Under the pieces are notes generated by a model. The model was not told the DNA's origin. It saw only the letters and a list, made by a program, of their open reading frames with translations, and made no database searches. A stretch of 64,000 nucleotides of DNA from contig OZ176050.1 of NCBI GenBank assembly GCA_964247055.1, positions 5,518,001 to 5,582,000 of the forward strand. The letters run 5' to 3'. A program made the position numbers and the translations under genes. This DNA comes from Paragordius varius (Eukaryota; Animalia; Nematomorpha). Each line of letters begins with the position of its first letter. The first letter of the stretch is position 1. This document shows positions 15,101 to 29,490 of this stretch, piece by piece.

Positions 15101-18100
15101 GAAGTTAGGGTTGATTGTATATATACTCATATTTGAATGGAAAATATAATTTGATTGTTGAGAAGTTACGGTTGATTATTGGAAATACTCATATTTGAAT
15201 GGAAAATATAATTTGATTGTTGAGAAGTTAGGGTTGATTTTTGGGTATACTCATATTTGAATGGAAAATATAATTTGATTGTTGAGAAGTTACGGGTATT
15301 ATTGGAAATACTCATATTTGAATGGAAAATATAATTTGATTGTTGAGAAGTTACAGTTGATTATTGGAAATACTCATATTTGAATGGAAAATATAATTTG
15401 ATTGTTGAGAAGTTACAGTTGATTATTGGAAATACTCATATTTGAATGGAAAATATAATTTGATTGTTGAGAAGTTACGGTTGATTATTGGATACTCATA
15501 TTTGAATGGAAAATATAATTTGATTGTTGAGAAGTTACGGTTTATTGTTGGATATACTTATATTTGAGCGGAAAATATAAATTGATAGTTGAGGAGTTAC
15601 GGTTGATTGTTGGATATACTCATATTTGAGGGGAAAATATAATTTGATTGTTGAGAAGTTACGGTTGATTATTGGAAATACTCATATTTGAATGGAAAAT
15701 ATAATTTGATTGTTGAGAAGTTACGGTTTATTGTTGGATATACTTATATTTGAGCCGAAAATATAAATTGATAGTTGAGAAGTTACGGTTGATTGTTGGA
15801 TATACTCATATTTGAATGGAAAATATAATTTTATTGTTGAGAAGTTACGGTATATTGTTAGATATACTCATATTTGAGTGGAAAATATAATTTGATTGTT
15901 GAGAAGTTACGGTTTATTGTTAGATATACTCATATTTGAGTGGAAAATATAATTTGATTGTTGAGAAGTTACGGTTGATTGTTGGATATACTCATATTTG
16001 AGTGGAAAATATAATTTGATTGTTGAGAAGTTACGGTTCATTGTTGGAAATACTCATATTTGAATGGAAAATATAATTTGATTGTTGAGAAGTTAGGGTT
16101 GATTGTTGGATATACTCATATTTGAATGGAAAATATAATTTGATTGTTGAGAAGTTACGGTTTATTGTTAGATATACTCACATATAAAGGAAAATATAAT
16201 TTGATTGTTGAGAAGTTACGGTTGATTATTGGATATACTCATATTTGAGTGGAAAATATAATTTGACTGTTGAGAAGTTACGGTTGATTAATGATTATAT
16301 TTATATTTGAATGGAAAATATAATTTAATTGTTGAGAAGTTACGGTTTATTGTTGGATATACTCATATTTGAATTTAAAATATAATTTGATTGTTGAGAG
16401 GTTACGGTTGATTGTTGGAAATACTCATATTTGAGTGGAAAATATAATTTGATTGTTGAGAAGTTACGGTTGATTGTTGGATATACTCATATTTGAATGG
16501 AAAATATAATTTGATTGTTGAGAAGTTACGGTTGATTGTTGGATATACTCATATTTGAATGGAAAATATAATTTGATTGTTGAGAAGTTAGGGTTGATTG
16601 TTGGATATACTCATATTTGAGTGGAAAATATAATTTGATTGTTGAGAAGTTACGGTTGATTGTTGGATATACTCATATTTGAGTGGAAAATATAATTTGA
16701 TTGTTGAGAAGTTACGGTTGATTATTGGATATACTCATATTTGAATGAAAAATATAATTTGATTGTTGAGAAGTTACGGTTGATTGTTGGATATACTCAT
16801 ATTTGAGTGGAAAATATAATTTGATTGTTGAGAAGTTAGGGTTGATTATTGGATATACTCATATTTGAGTGGAAAATATAATTTGATTGTTGAGAAGTTA
16901 CGGTACATTATTGGATATACTCATATTTGAATGGAAAATATAATTTGATTGTTGAGAAGTTACGGTTGATTATTGGATATACTTATATTTGAATGGAAAA
17001 TATAATTTGATTGTTGAGAAGTTACGGTTGATTATTGGATATACTCATATTTGAGTGGAAAATATAATTTGATTGTTGAGAAGTTACGGTTGATTGTTGG
17101 ATATACTCATATTTGAATGGAAAATATAATTTGATTGTTGAGAAGTTAGGGTTGATTGTTGGATATACTCATATTTGAGTGGAAAATATAATTTGATTGT
17201 TGAGAAGTTACGGTTGATTGTTGGATATACTCATATTTGAATGGAAAATATAATTTGTTGTTGAGAAGTTACGGTTTATTGTTGTTGGATATACTCATAT
17301 TTGAATGGAAAATATAATTTGATTGTTGAGAAGTTACGGTTGATTATTGGATATACTCATATTTGAGTGGAAAATATAATTTGATTGTTGAGAAGTTACG
17401 GTTGATTGTTGGATATACTCATATTTGAATGGAAAATATAATTTGATTGTTCAGAAGTTAGGGTTGATTGTATATATACTCATATTTGAATGGAAAATAT
17501 AATTTGATTGTTGAGAAGTTACGGTTGATTATTGGAAATACTCATATTTGAATGGAAAATAAATTTTGATTGTTGAGAAGTTACGGTTTATTGTTAGATA
17601 TACTCACATTTAAGGAAAATATAATTTGATTGTTGAGAAGTTAGGGTGGATTGTTGGATATACTCATATTTGAGTGGAAAATATAATTTGATTGTTGAGA
17701 AGTTACGGTTGATTGTTGGATATACTCATATTTGAATGGAAAATATAATTTGATTGTTGAGAAGTTAGGGTTGATTGTTGGATATACTCATATTTGAATG
17801 GAAAATATAATTTGATTGTTGAGAAGTTACGGTTGATTGTTGGATATACTCATATTTGAATGGAAAATATAATTTGATTGTTGAGTAGTTACGGTTGATT
17901 GTTGGATATACTCATATTTGAATGGAAAATATAATTTGATTGTTGAGAAGTTACGGTTGATTATTGGATATACTCATATTTGAGTGGAAAATATAATTTG
18001 ATTGTTGAGAAGTTACGGTTGATTGTTGGATATACTCATATTTGAATGGAAAATATAATTTGATTGTTGAGAAGTTAGGGTTGATTGTTGGATATACTCA

Positions 18101-21100
18101 TATTTGAGTGGAAAATATAATTTGATTATTGAGAAGTTACGGTTGATTGTTGGATATACTCATATTTGAATGGAAAATATAATTTGATTGTTGAGAAGTT
18201 ACGGTTGATTGTTGGTTATACTCATATTTGAATGGAAAATATAATTTGATTGTTGAGAAGTTACGGTTTATTGTTAGATATACTCACATTTGAAGGAAAA
18301 TATAATTTGATTGTTGAGAAGTTACGGTTGATTGTTGGATATACTCATATTTGAGTGGAAAATATAATTTGATTGTTGAGAAGTTACGGTTGATTATTGG
18401 ATATACTCATATTTGAATGAAAAATATAATTTGATTGTTGAGAAGTTACGGTTGATTGTTGGATATACTCATATTTGAGTGGAAAATATAATTTGATTGT
18501 TGAGAAGTTAGGGTTGATTATTGGATATACTCATATTTGAGTGGAAAATATAATTTGATTGTTGAGAAGTTACGGTACATTATTGGATATACTCATATTT
18601 GAATGGAAAATATAATTTGATTGTTGAGAAGTTACGGTTGATTATTGGATATACTTATATTTGAATGGAAAATATAATTTGATTGTTGAGAAGTTACGGT
18701 TGATTATTGGATATACTCATATTTGAGTGGAAAATATAATTTGATTGTTGAGAAGTTACGGTTGATTGTTGGATATACTCATATTTGAATGGAAAATATA
18801 ATTTGATTGTTGAGAAGTTAGGGTTGATTGTTGGATATACTCATATTTGAGTGGAAAATATAATTTGATTGTTGAGAAGTTACGGTTGATTGTTGGATAT
18901 ACTCATATTTGAATGGAAAATATAAATTGATAGTTGAGGAGTTACGGTTGATTGTTGGATATACTCATATTTGAGGGGAAAATATAATTTGATTGTTGAG
19001 AAGTTACGGTTGATTATTGGAAATACTCATATTTGAATGGAAAATATAATTTGATTGTTGAGAAGTTACGGTTTATTGTTGGATATACTTATATTTGAGC
19101 CGAAAATATAAATTGATAGTTGAGAAGTTACGGTTGATTGTTGGATATACTCATATTTGAATGGAAAATATAATTTTATTGTTGAGAAGTTACGGTATAT
19201 TGTTAGATATACTCATATTTGAGTGGAAAATATAATTTGATTGTTGAGAAGTTACGGTTTATTGTTAGATATACTCACATTTAAGGAAAATATAATTTGA
19301 TTGTTGAGAAGTTACGGTTGATTGTTGGATATACTCATATTTGAGTGGAAAATATAATTTGATTGTTGAGAAGTTACGGTTCATTGTTGGAAATACTCAT
19401 ATTTGAATGGAAAATATAATTTGATTGTTGAGAAGTTAGGGTTGATTGTTGGATATACTCATATTTGAATGGAAAATATAATTTGATTGTTGAGAAGTTA
19501 CGGTTTATTGTTAGATATACTCACATATAAAGGAAAATATAATTTGATTGTTGAGAAGTTACGGTTGATTATTGGATATACTCATATTTGAGTGGAAAAT
19601 ATAATTTGATTGTTGAGAAGTTACGGTTGATTGTTGGATATACTCATATTTGAATGGAAAATATAATTTGATTGTTGAGAAGTTAGGGTTGATTGTTGGA
19701 TATACTCATATTTGAGTGGAAAATATAATTTGATTGTTGAGAAGTTACGGTTGATTGTTGGATATACTCATATTTGAATGGAAAATATAATTTGTTGTTG
19801 AGAAGTTACGGTTTATTGTTGTTGGATATACTCATATTTGAATGGAAAATATAATTTGATTGTTGAGAAGTTACGGTTGATTATTGGATATACTCATATT
19901 TGAGTGGAAAATATAATTTGATTGTTGAGAAGTTACGGTTGATTGTTGGATATACTCATATTTGAATGGAAAATATAATTTGATTGTTCAGAAGTTAGGG
20001 TTGATTGTATATATACTCATATTTGAATGGAAAATATAATTTGATTGTTGAGAAGTTACGGTTGATTATTGGAAATACTCATATTTGAATGGAAAATAAA
20101 TTTTGATTGTTGAGAAGTTACGGTTTATTGTTAGATATACTCACATTTAAGGAAAATATAATTTGATTGTTGAGAAGTTAGGGTGGATTGTTGGATATAC
20201 TCATATTTGAGTGGAAAATATAATTTGATTGTTGAGAAGTTACGGTTGATTGTTGGATATACTCATATTTGAATGGAAAATATAATTTGATTGTTGAGAA
20301 GTTAGGGTTGATTGTTGGATATACTCATATTTGAATGGAAAATATAATTTGATTGTTGAGAAGTTACGGTTGATTGTTGGATATACTCATATTTGAATGG
20401 AAAATATAATTTGATTGTTGAGTAGTTACGGTTGATTGTTGGATATACTCATATTTGAATGGAAAATATAATTTGATTGTTGAGAAGTTACGGTTGATTA
20501 TTGGATATACTCATATTTGAATGGAAAATATAATTTGATTGTTGAGAAGTTAGGGTTGATTTTTGGGTATACTCATATTTGAATGGAAAATATAATTTGA
20601 TTGTTGAGAAGTTACGGGTATTATTGGAAATACTCATATTTGAATGGAAAATATAATTTGATTGTTGAGAAGTTACAGTTGATTATTGGAAATACTCATA
20701 TTTGAGTGGAAAATATAATTTGATTGTTGAGAAGTTACGGTTGATTGTTGGATATACTCATATTTGAGTGGAAAATATAATTTGATTGTTGAGAAGTTAC
20801 GGTTGATTGTTGGATATACTCATATTTGAATGGAAAATATAATTTGATTGTTGAGAAGTTAGGGTTGATTGTTGGATATACTCATATTTGAGTGGAAAAT
20901 ATAATTTGATTATTGAGAAGTTACGGTTGATTGTTGGATATACTCATATTTGAATGGAAAATATAATTTGATTGTTGAGAAGTTACGGTTGATTGTTGGT
21001 TATACTCATATTTGAATGGAAAATATAATTTGATTGTTGAGAAGTTACGGTTTATTGTTAGATATACTCACATTTGAAGGAAAATATAATTTGATTGTTG

Positions 21101-22480
21101 AGAAGTTACGGTTGATTATTGGATATACTCATATTTGAGTGGAAAATATAATTTGATTGTTGAGAAGTTACGGTTGATTGTTGGATATACTCATATTTGA
21201 ATCGAAAATATAATCTGATTGTTGAGAAGTTAGGGTTGATTGTATATATACTCATATTTGAATGGAAAATATAATTTGATTGTTGAGAAGTTACGGTTGA
21301 TTATTGGAAATACTCATATTTGAATGGAAAATATAATTTGATTGTTGAGAAGTTAGGGTTGATTTTTGGGTATACTCATATTTGAATGGAAAATATAATT
21401 TGATTGTTGAGAAGTTACGGGTATTATTGGAAATACTCATATTTGAATGGAAAATATAATTTGATTGTTGAGAAGTTACAGTTGATTATTGGAAATACTC
21501 ATATTTGAATGGAAAATATAATTTGATTGTTGAGAAGTTACAGTTGATTATTGGAAATACTCATATTTGAATGGAAAATATAATTTGATTGTTGAGAAGT
21601 TACGGTTGATTATTGGATACTCATATTTGAATGGAAAATATAATTTGATTGTTGAGAAGTTACGGTTTATTGTTGGATATACTTATATTTGAGCGGAAAA
21701 TATAAATTGATAGTTGAGGAGTTACGGTTGATTGTTGGATATACTCATATTTGAGGGGAAAATATAATTTGATTGTTGAGAAGTTACGGTTGATTATTGG
21801 AAATACTCATATTTGAATGGAAAATATAATTTGATTGTTGAGAAGTTACGGTTTATTGTTGGATATACTTATATTTGAGCCGAAAATATAAATTGATAGT
21901 TGAGAAGTTACGGTTGATTGTTGGATATACTCATATTTGAATGGAAAATATAATTTTATTGTTGAGAAGTTACGGTATATTGTTAGATATACTCATATTT
22001 GAGTGGAAAATATAATTTGATTGTTGAGAAGTTACGGTTTATTGTTAGATATACTCATATTTGAGTGGAAAATATAATTTGATTGTTGAGAAGTTACGGT
22101 TGATTGTTGGATATACTCATATTTGAGTGGAAAATATAATTTGATTGTTGAGAAGTTACGGTTCATTGTTGGAAATACTCATATTTGTTGAGAAGTTACG
22201 GTTGATTGTTGGATATACTCATATTTGAATGGAAAATATAATTTGATTGTTGAGAAGTTAGGGTTGATTGTTGGATATACTCATATTTGAGTGGAAAATA
22301 TAATTTGATTATTGAGAAGTTACGGTTGATTGTTGGATATACTCATATTTGAATGGAAAATATAATTTGATTGTTGAGAAGTTACGGTTGATTGTTGGTT
22401 ATACTCATATTTGAATGGAAAATATAATTTGATTGTTGAGAAGTTACGGTTTATTGTTAGATATACTCACATTTGAAGGA

Positions 22481-22654
22481 ATAATATCCAATAATGTACC
22501 GTAACTTCTCAACAATCAAATTATATTTTCCACTCAAATATGAGTATATCCAATAATAAACCGTAACTTCTCAACAATCAAATTATATTTTCCATTCAAA
22601 TATGAGTATATCCAACAATCAACCGTAACTTCTCAACAATCAAATTATATTTTC
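22481..22654 (-). repeat. Inverted block of ~2.8 satellite monomers
   Basis: ATAATATCCAATAATGTACCGTAACTTCTCAAC...CAAATTATATTTTC is the reverse complement of the satellite. Forward orientation resumes at 22655. Confidence 0.95.
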
Positions 22655-25600
22655 TATACTCATATTTGATTGGAGAATATAATTTGATTGTTGAGAAGTT
22701 ACGGTTGATTGTTGGATATACTCATATTTGATTGGAGAATATAATTTTATTGTTGAGAAGTTACGATTGATTGGATATACTCATATTTGAATGGAAAATA
22801 TAATTTGATTGTTGAGAAGTTAGGGTTGATTGTTGGATATACTCATATTTGAATGGAAAATTTGATTGTTGAGAAGTTACGGTTGATTATTGGAAATACT
22901 CATATTTGAATGGAAAATATAATTTGATTGTTGAGAAGTTAGGGTTGATTTTTGGATATACTCATATTTGAATGGAAAATATAATTTGATTGTTGAGAAG
23001 TTACGGTTGATTATTGGAAATACTCATATTTGAATGGAAAATATAATTTGATTGTTGAGAAGTTACGGTTTATTGCTAGATATACTCATATTTGAGTGGA
23101 AAAACGGTTGATTGTTGGATATACTCATATTTGAATGGAAAATATAATTTGATTGTTGAGAAGTTACGGTTTATTATTGGATATACTCATATTTGAGTGG
23201 AAAATATAATTTGATTGTTGAGAAGTTACGGTACATTATTGGATATTATCATATTTGAATGGAAAATATAATTTGATAGTTGAGAAGTTACGGTTGATTA
23301 TTGGATATACTCATATTTGAGTGGAAAATATAATTTGATTGTTGAGAAGTTACGGTTGATTATTGGATATACTCATATTTGAATGGAAAATATAATTTGA
23401 TAGTTGAGAAGTTACGGTTGATTATTGGATATACTCATATTTGAGTGGAAAATATAATTTGATAGTTGAGAAGTTACGGTTGATTATTGGATATACTCAT
23501 ATTTGAATGGAAAATATAATTTGATTGTTTAGGAGTTACGGTTGATTGTTGGATATACTCATATTTGAATGGAAAATATAATTTGATTGTAAAGAAGTTA
23601 CGGTTTATTGTTAGATATACTCACATTTGAAGGAAAATATAATTTGATTGTTGAGAAGTTACGGTTGATATTTGGATATACTCATATTTGAATGGAAAAT
23701 ATAATTTGATTGTTGAGAAGTTACGGTTGATTGTTGGATATACTCATATTTGAATGGAAAATATAATTTGATTGTTGAGAAGTTAGGGTTGATTGTTGGA
23801 TATACTCATATTTGAATGGAAAATATAATTTGATTGTTGAGAAGTTACTTTTGATTATTGGAAATACTCATATTTGAATGGAAAATATAATTTGATTGTT
23901 GAGAAGTTAGGGTTGATTTTTGGATAATATCATATTTGAATGGAAAATATATTTTGATTGTTGAGAAGTTACGGTTGATTATTGGAAATACTCATATTTG
24001 AATGGAAAATATAATTTGATTGTTGAGAAGTTACGGTTTATTGTTAGATATACTCATATTTGAGTGGAAAATATAATTTGATTGTTGTGAAGTTACGGTT
24101 GATTATTGGATATACTCATATTTGAGTGGAAAATATAATTTGATTGTTGAGAAGTTACGGTTGATTGTTGGATATACTCATATTTGATTGGAGAATATAA
24201 TTTGATTGTTGAGAAGTTACGGTTGATTGTTGGATATACTCATATTTGATTGGAGAATATAATTTTATTGTTGAGAAGTTACGATTGATTGGATATACTC
24301 ATATTTGAATGGAAAATATAATTTGATTGTTGAGAAGTTAGGGTTGATTGTTGGATATACTCATATTTGAATGGAAAATTTGATTGTTGAGAAGTTACGG
24401 TTGATTATTGGAAATACTCATATTTGAATGGAAAATATAATTTGATTGTTGAGAAGTTAGGGTTGATTTTTGGATATACTCATATTTGAATGGAAAATAT
24501 AATTTGATTGTTGAGAAGTTACGGTTGATTATTGGAAATACTCATATTTGAATGGAAAATATAATTTGATTGTTGAGAAGTTACGGTTTATTGCTAGATA
24601 TACTCATATTTGAGTGGAAAATATAATTTGATTGTTGAGAAGTTACGGTTGATTATTGGATATACTCATATTTGATTGGAGAATATAATTTGATTGTTGA
24701 GAAGTTACGGTTTATTGCTAGATATACTCATATTTGAGTGGAAAATATAATTTGATTGTTGAGAAGTTACGGTTGATTGTTGGATATACTCATATTTGAT
24801 TGGAGAATATAATTTGATTGTTGAGAAGTTACGGTTGATTGTTGGATATACTGATATTTGAATGGAAAATATAATTTTATTGTTGAGAAGTTACGATTGA
24901 TTGGATATACTCATATTTGAATGGAAAATATAATTTGATTGTTGAGAAGTTACGGTTGATTATTGGAAATACTCATATTTGAATGGAAAATATAATTTGA
25001 TTGTTGAGAAGTTACGGTTTATTATTGGATATACTCATATTTGAGTGGAAAATATAATTTGATTGTTGAGAAGTTACGGTTTATTATTGGATATACTCAT
25101 ATTTGAGTGGAAAATATAATTTGATTGTTGAGAAGTTACGGTACATTATTGGATATACTCATATTTGAATGGAAAATATAATTTGATAGTTGAGAAGTTA
25201 CGGTTGATTATTGGATATACTCATATTTGAGTGGAAAATATAATTTGATTGTTGAGAAGTTACGGTTGATTATTGGAAATACTCATATTTGAATGGAAAA
25301 TATAATTTGATTGTTGAGAAGTTACGGTTTATTATTGGATATACTCATATTTGAATGGAAAATATAATTTGATAGTTGAGAAGTTACGGTTGATTGTTGG
25401 ATATACTCATATTTGAGTGGAAAATATAATTTGATTGTTGAGAAGTTACGGTTGATTATTGGAAATACTCATATTTGAATGGAAAATATAATTTGATTGT
25501 TGAGAAGTTACGGTTTATTATTGGATATACTCATATTTGAGTGGAAAATATAATTTGATTGTTGAGAAGTTACGGTTTATTATTGGATATACTCATATTT

Positions 25601-28004
25601 GAGTGGAAAATATAATTTGATTGTTGAGAAGTTACGGTACATTATTGGATATACTCATATTTGAATGGAAAATATAATTTGATAGTTGAGAAGTTACGGT
25701 TGATTATTGGATATACTCATATTTGAGTGGAAAATATAATTTGATTGTTGAGAAGTTACGGTTGATTATTGGATATACTCATATTTGAATGGAAAATATA
25801 ATTTGATTGTTGAGAAGTTACGGTTGATTGTTGGATATACTCATATTTGAATGGAAAATATAATTTGATAGTTGAGAAGTTACGGTTGATTATTGGATAT
25901 ACTCATATTTGAGTGGAAAATATAATTTGATAGTTGAGAAGTTACGGTTGATTATTGGATATACTCATATTTGAATGGAAAATATAATTTGATTGTTGAG
26001 AAGTTACGGTTGATTGTTGGATTTACTCACATTTGAAGGAAAATATAATTTGATTGTTGAGAAGTTACGGTTGATTATTGGATATACTCATATTTGATTG
26101 GAAAATATAATTTGATTGTTGAGAAGTTACGGTTGATTGTTGGATATACTCATATTTGAATGGAAAATATAATTTGATTGTTGAGAAGTTACGGTTTATT
26201 GTTAGATATACTCACATTTGAAGGAAAATATAATTTGATTGTTGAGAAGTTACGGTTGATTATTGGATATACTCATATTTGATTGGAAAATATAATTTGA
26301 TTGTTGAGAAGTTACGGTTGATTGTTGGATATACTCATATTTGAATGGAAAATATAATTTGATTGTTGAGAAGTTAGGGTTGATTGTTGGATATACTCAT
26401 ATTTGAATGGAAAATATAATTTGATTGTTGAGAAGTTACGGTTGATTATTGGAAATACTCATATTTGAATGGAAAATATAATTTGATTGTTGAGAAGTTA
26501 GGGTTGATTGTTGGATATACTCATATTTGAATGGAAAATATAATTTGATTGTTGAGAAGTTACGGTTGATTATTGGAAATACTCATATTTGAATGGAAAA
26601 TATAATTTGATTGTTGAGAAGTTAGGGTTGATTTTTTGATATACTCATATTTGAATGGAAAATATAATTTGATTGTTGAGAAGTTACGGTTGATTATTGG
26701 AAATACTCATATTTGAATGGAAAATATAATTTGATTGTTGAGAAGTTACGGTTTATTGTTAGATATACTCATATTAGAGTGGAAAATATAATTTGATTGT
26801 TGAGAAGTTACAGTTGATTATTGGAAATACTCATATTTGAATGGAAAATATAATTTGATTGTTGAGAAGTTAGGGTTGATTGTTGGATATACTCATATTT
26901 GAATGGAAAATATAATTTGATTGTTGAGAAGTTACGGTTGATTATTGGAAATACTCATATTTGAATGGAAAATATAATTTGATTGTTGAGAAGTTACGGT
27001 TTATTGTTGGATATACTCATATTTGAGTGGAAAATATAATTTGATTGTTGAGAAGTTACGGTTGATTGTTGGATATACTCATATTTGAATGGAAAATATA
27101 ATTTGATTGTTGAGAAGTTACGGTTGATTATTGGAAATACTCATATTTGAATGGAAAATATAATTTGATTGTTGAGAAGTTACGGTTTATTGTTAGATAT
27201 ACTTATATTTGAGCGGAAAATATAAATTGATAGTTGAGAAGTTACGGTTGATTGTTGGATATACTCATATTTGAGTGGAAAATATAATTTGATTGTTGAG
27301 AAGTTAGGGTTGATTGTTGGATATACTCATATTTGAATGGAAAATATAATTTGATTGTTGAGAAATTAGGGTTGGTTGGATATACTCATATTTGAATGGA
27401 AAATATAATTTGATTGTTGAGAAGTTACGGTTTATTGTTAGATATACTCATATTTGAGTGGAAAATATAATTTGATTGTTGAGAAGTTACGGTTGATTAT
27501 TGGAAATACTCATATTTGAATGGAAAATATAATTTGATTGTTGAGAAGTTACGGTTTAATGTTGGATATACTTATATTTGAGCGGAAAATATAAATTGAT
27601 AGTTGAGAAGTTACGGTTGATTGTTGGATATACTCATATTTGAGTGGAAAATATAATTTGATTGTTGAGAAGTTACGGTTTATTGTTGGATATACTCATA
27701 TTTGAATTTAAAATATAATTTTATTGTTGAGAAGTTACGGTTGATTGGATATACTCATATTTGAGTGGAAAATATAATTTGATTGTTGAGATTTTATATA
27801 TATGAGAAAAAAAACCAGAAGGTTGATTAGAAAACTTAACCGGTTTTAGGAGCCAGGTGCTATTTTCTGGTATAAATATTTTCGCACATAAATTTGTATT
27901 AGTTTCTCCAGAGCAAGTTCAAAAAATAAATTAATTTAGGATCTATCATATTGGGCCAAATATAAAATCATGCATTTGTTTTAGGCACAATCTGCAAAAA
28001 TATT

Positions 28005-29490
28005 TTTTGAAACAGAGGAAACAATACACGATGATTGAGGAAGCCAACAAAAGGCCTAGTAAACCTCTTTCCGAACCATCAGAGGAGCAACAAATCAAAA
28101 CTTCCCAGCATTAAAATTAAGGACGATCAAGGAAAGAGTTGACGACGGAAATAGAAATTAAAGAAAGATGGGAAAGCTACACCAAACAGCTATCGCACCC
28201 AGGTGCAAACGATAGACATATATATGGGAATGTGGATGCTGTGTTATGTATATTGGAAGCAGTTGTGGTAAAAACACCAATAAGGAAAGCCTTTGGAATA
28301 GATAATTTGGAATTAATAAAAGATTTGCCGATATCAGGTTTACATAGATTGTGTCAGGAAGTATGTGAGTCAGGTATTTGGCAAAAAGACTGGAAAACAT
28401 CACTGTTTATCCCAGTCTTTAAATAGGGAGAAAATCGAATTTCGAGAACTATAGAAACATGGATCTCATCAGGTATGCAAGCATATTACTGAAAATGATC
28501 CAGAACAGATTTCATTAAGTGATAGCCAGAGAGATTCCAGATGTTGGAGAAGGATTTGTGAAAGGGCATAGCACAAGGGATCACATCTCTAATGTGAGAC
28601 GCATGGTTGAAACGAGAATCAAGTGAATTTATTTATATGTTGTATAAATTATATACAGGCGTTTGGTCCATGCACATTTATGACAAAGTTTGGAAGCATT
28701 GGGAGTACAGCAGAACTTATAACCTTGCTTAAAGTTTTGTATGAATACCAAAAAGCCATAATACAAACCCCGGTGTGCAGCAATCAATATCTAATATAGA
28801 AAGGTGTTAGACAAGGATGTTGCCTCTCACCATACTGGTTTAATATATGTACAATGATCATGAGAAAAGTAGATGAAGCCACTAAAAGCCCAAGGATATA
28901 GGGAATAGATTAACAATCTAAGATTCGCAGATGACACGACATCGCAGATAATGTAGGAAATTTAAATAATAAGATAAGGTTAGTAAGAGAAGAAAGTATT
29001 GGATTGAAGCTCAATCCTAAGAAAACCAAAGTTATGAGTTTATCAAAAAACAAAAATAATAGAAGCATAGACGGCACCCCAGCAGAAGTAGCAAATAAAA
29101 TCCGATAATTAGGCTCTATAATAGATATCAACGGATTCTCCACGCCACATATTAAACGCCGCATAGAATCACGGAATGATAAAAAAGGATTTCAGCATTT
29201 GAAATGTGGTGTTGGAGGAGAATGTTGAATATGAGATGGTCTGACAAGGTAGAATAAAACAAGAGAAAAATTAAATATTGAGAATCACTTATATAATAAA
29301 AAAAAAGTTTACGCACATTGGTCACATTTTAAGAATCTTTTGAGAAGGATTTGATTTTTGGGGAAAGTTGAAGGGAAATTGAAGATCGATGTTAAGATGG
29401 GTGGACACTGTAAAGAAGGAATCTGAAAAGTGGAGAGATCGAGTCATTTCCTTTTTCGTGGGGTCGAATTAGGGAATCACCTATACCTAC
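28005..29490 (+). mobile_element. Decayed, 5'-truncated RTE-clade non-LTR retrotransposon (reverse transcriptase pseudogene)
   Basis: Frameshifted translation gives typical RTE RT motifs: EIKERWESYTKQL, LHRLCQEVCESGIWQKDWKTSLFIPVFK, GFVKGHSTRDHI, KGVRQGCCLSP, NNLRFADDT, GLKLNPKKTKVM, GKVEGK. Many stops and frameshifts; no endonuclease domain seen. Confidence 0.9.

Larger units (their letters stand above)
1..27791. repeat. Tandem satellite DNA, 62-bp monomer, ~448 copies; continues past the left edge of the window
   Basis: Consensus GTTGGATATACTCATATTTGAATGGAAAATATAATTTGATTGTTGAGAAGTTACGGTTGATT recurs at 1, 63, 125 and so on. Units differ by recurrent point variants and small indels. The array ends abruptly at ~27791. 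Confidence 0.98.

Noticed and set aside
1-27791. CRISPR array interpretation of the tandem repeats
   Set aside because: There are no unique spacers: the monomers are contiguous near-identical 62-mers. The context is eukaryotic (spliced genes, LINEs) and no cas genes are present.
1-27791. True telomere at the left end
   Set aside because: TTAGGG occurs only singly within monomers, and the G-rich strand points toward the genes rather than toward a left chromosome end.
28158-29164. ORFs 28158-28403 and 28910-29164 on the minus strand
   Set aside because: Antisense shadows of the decayed RTE LINE.
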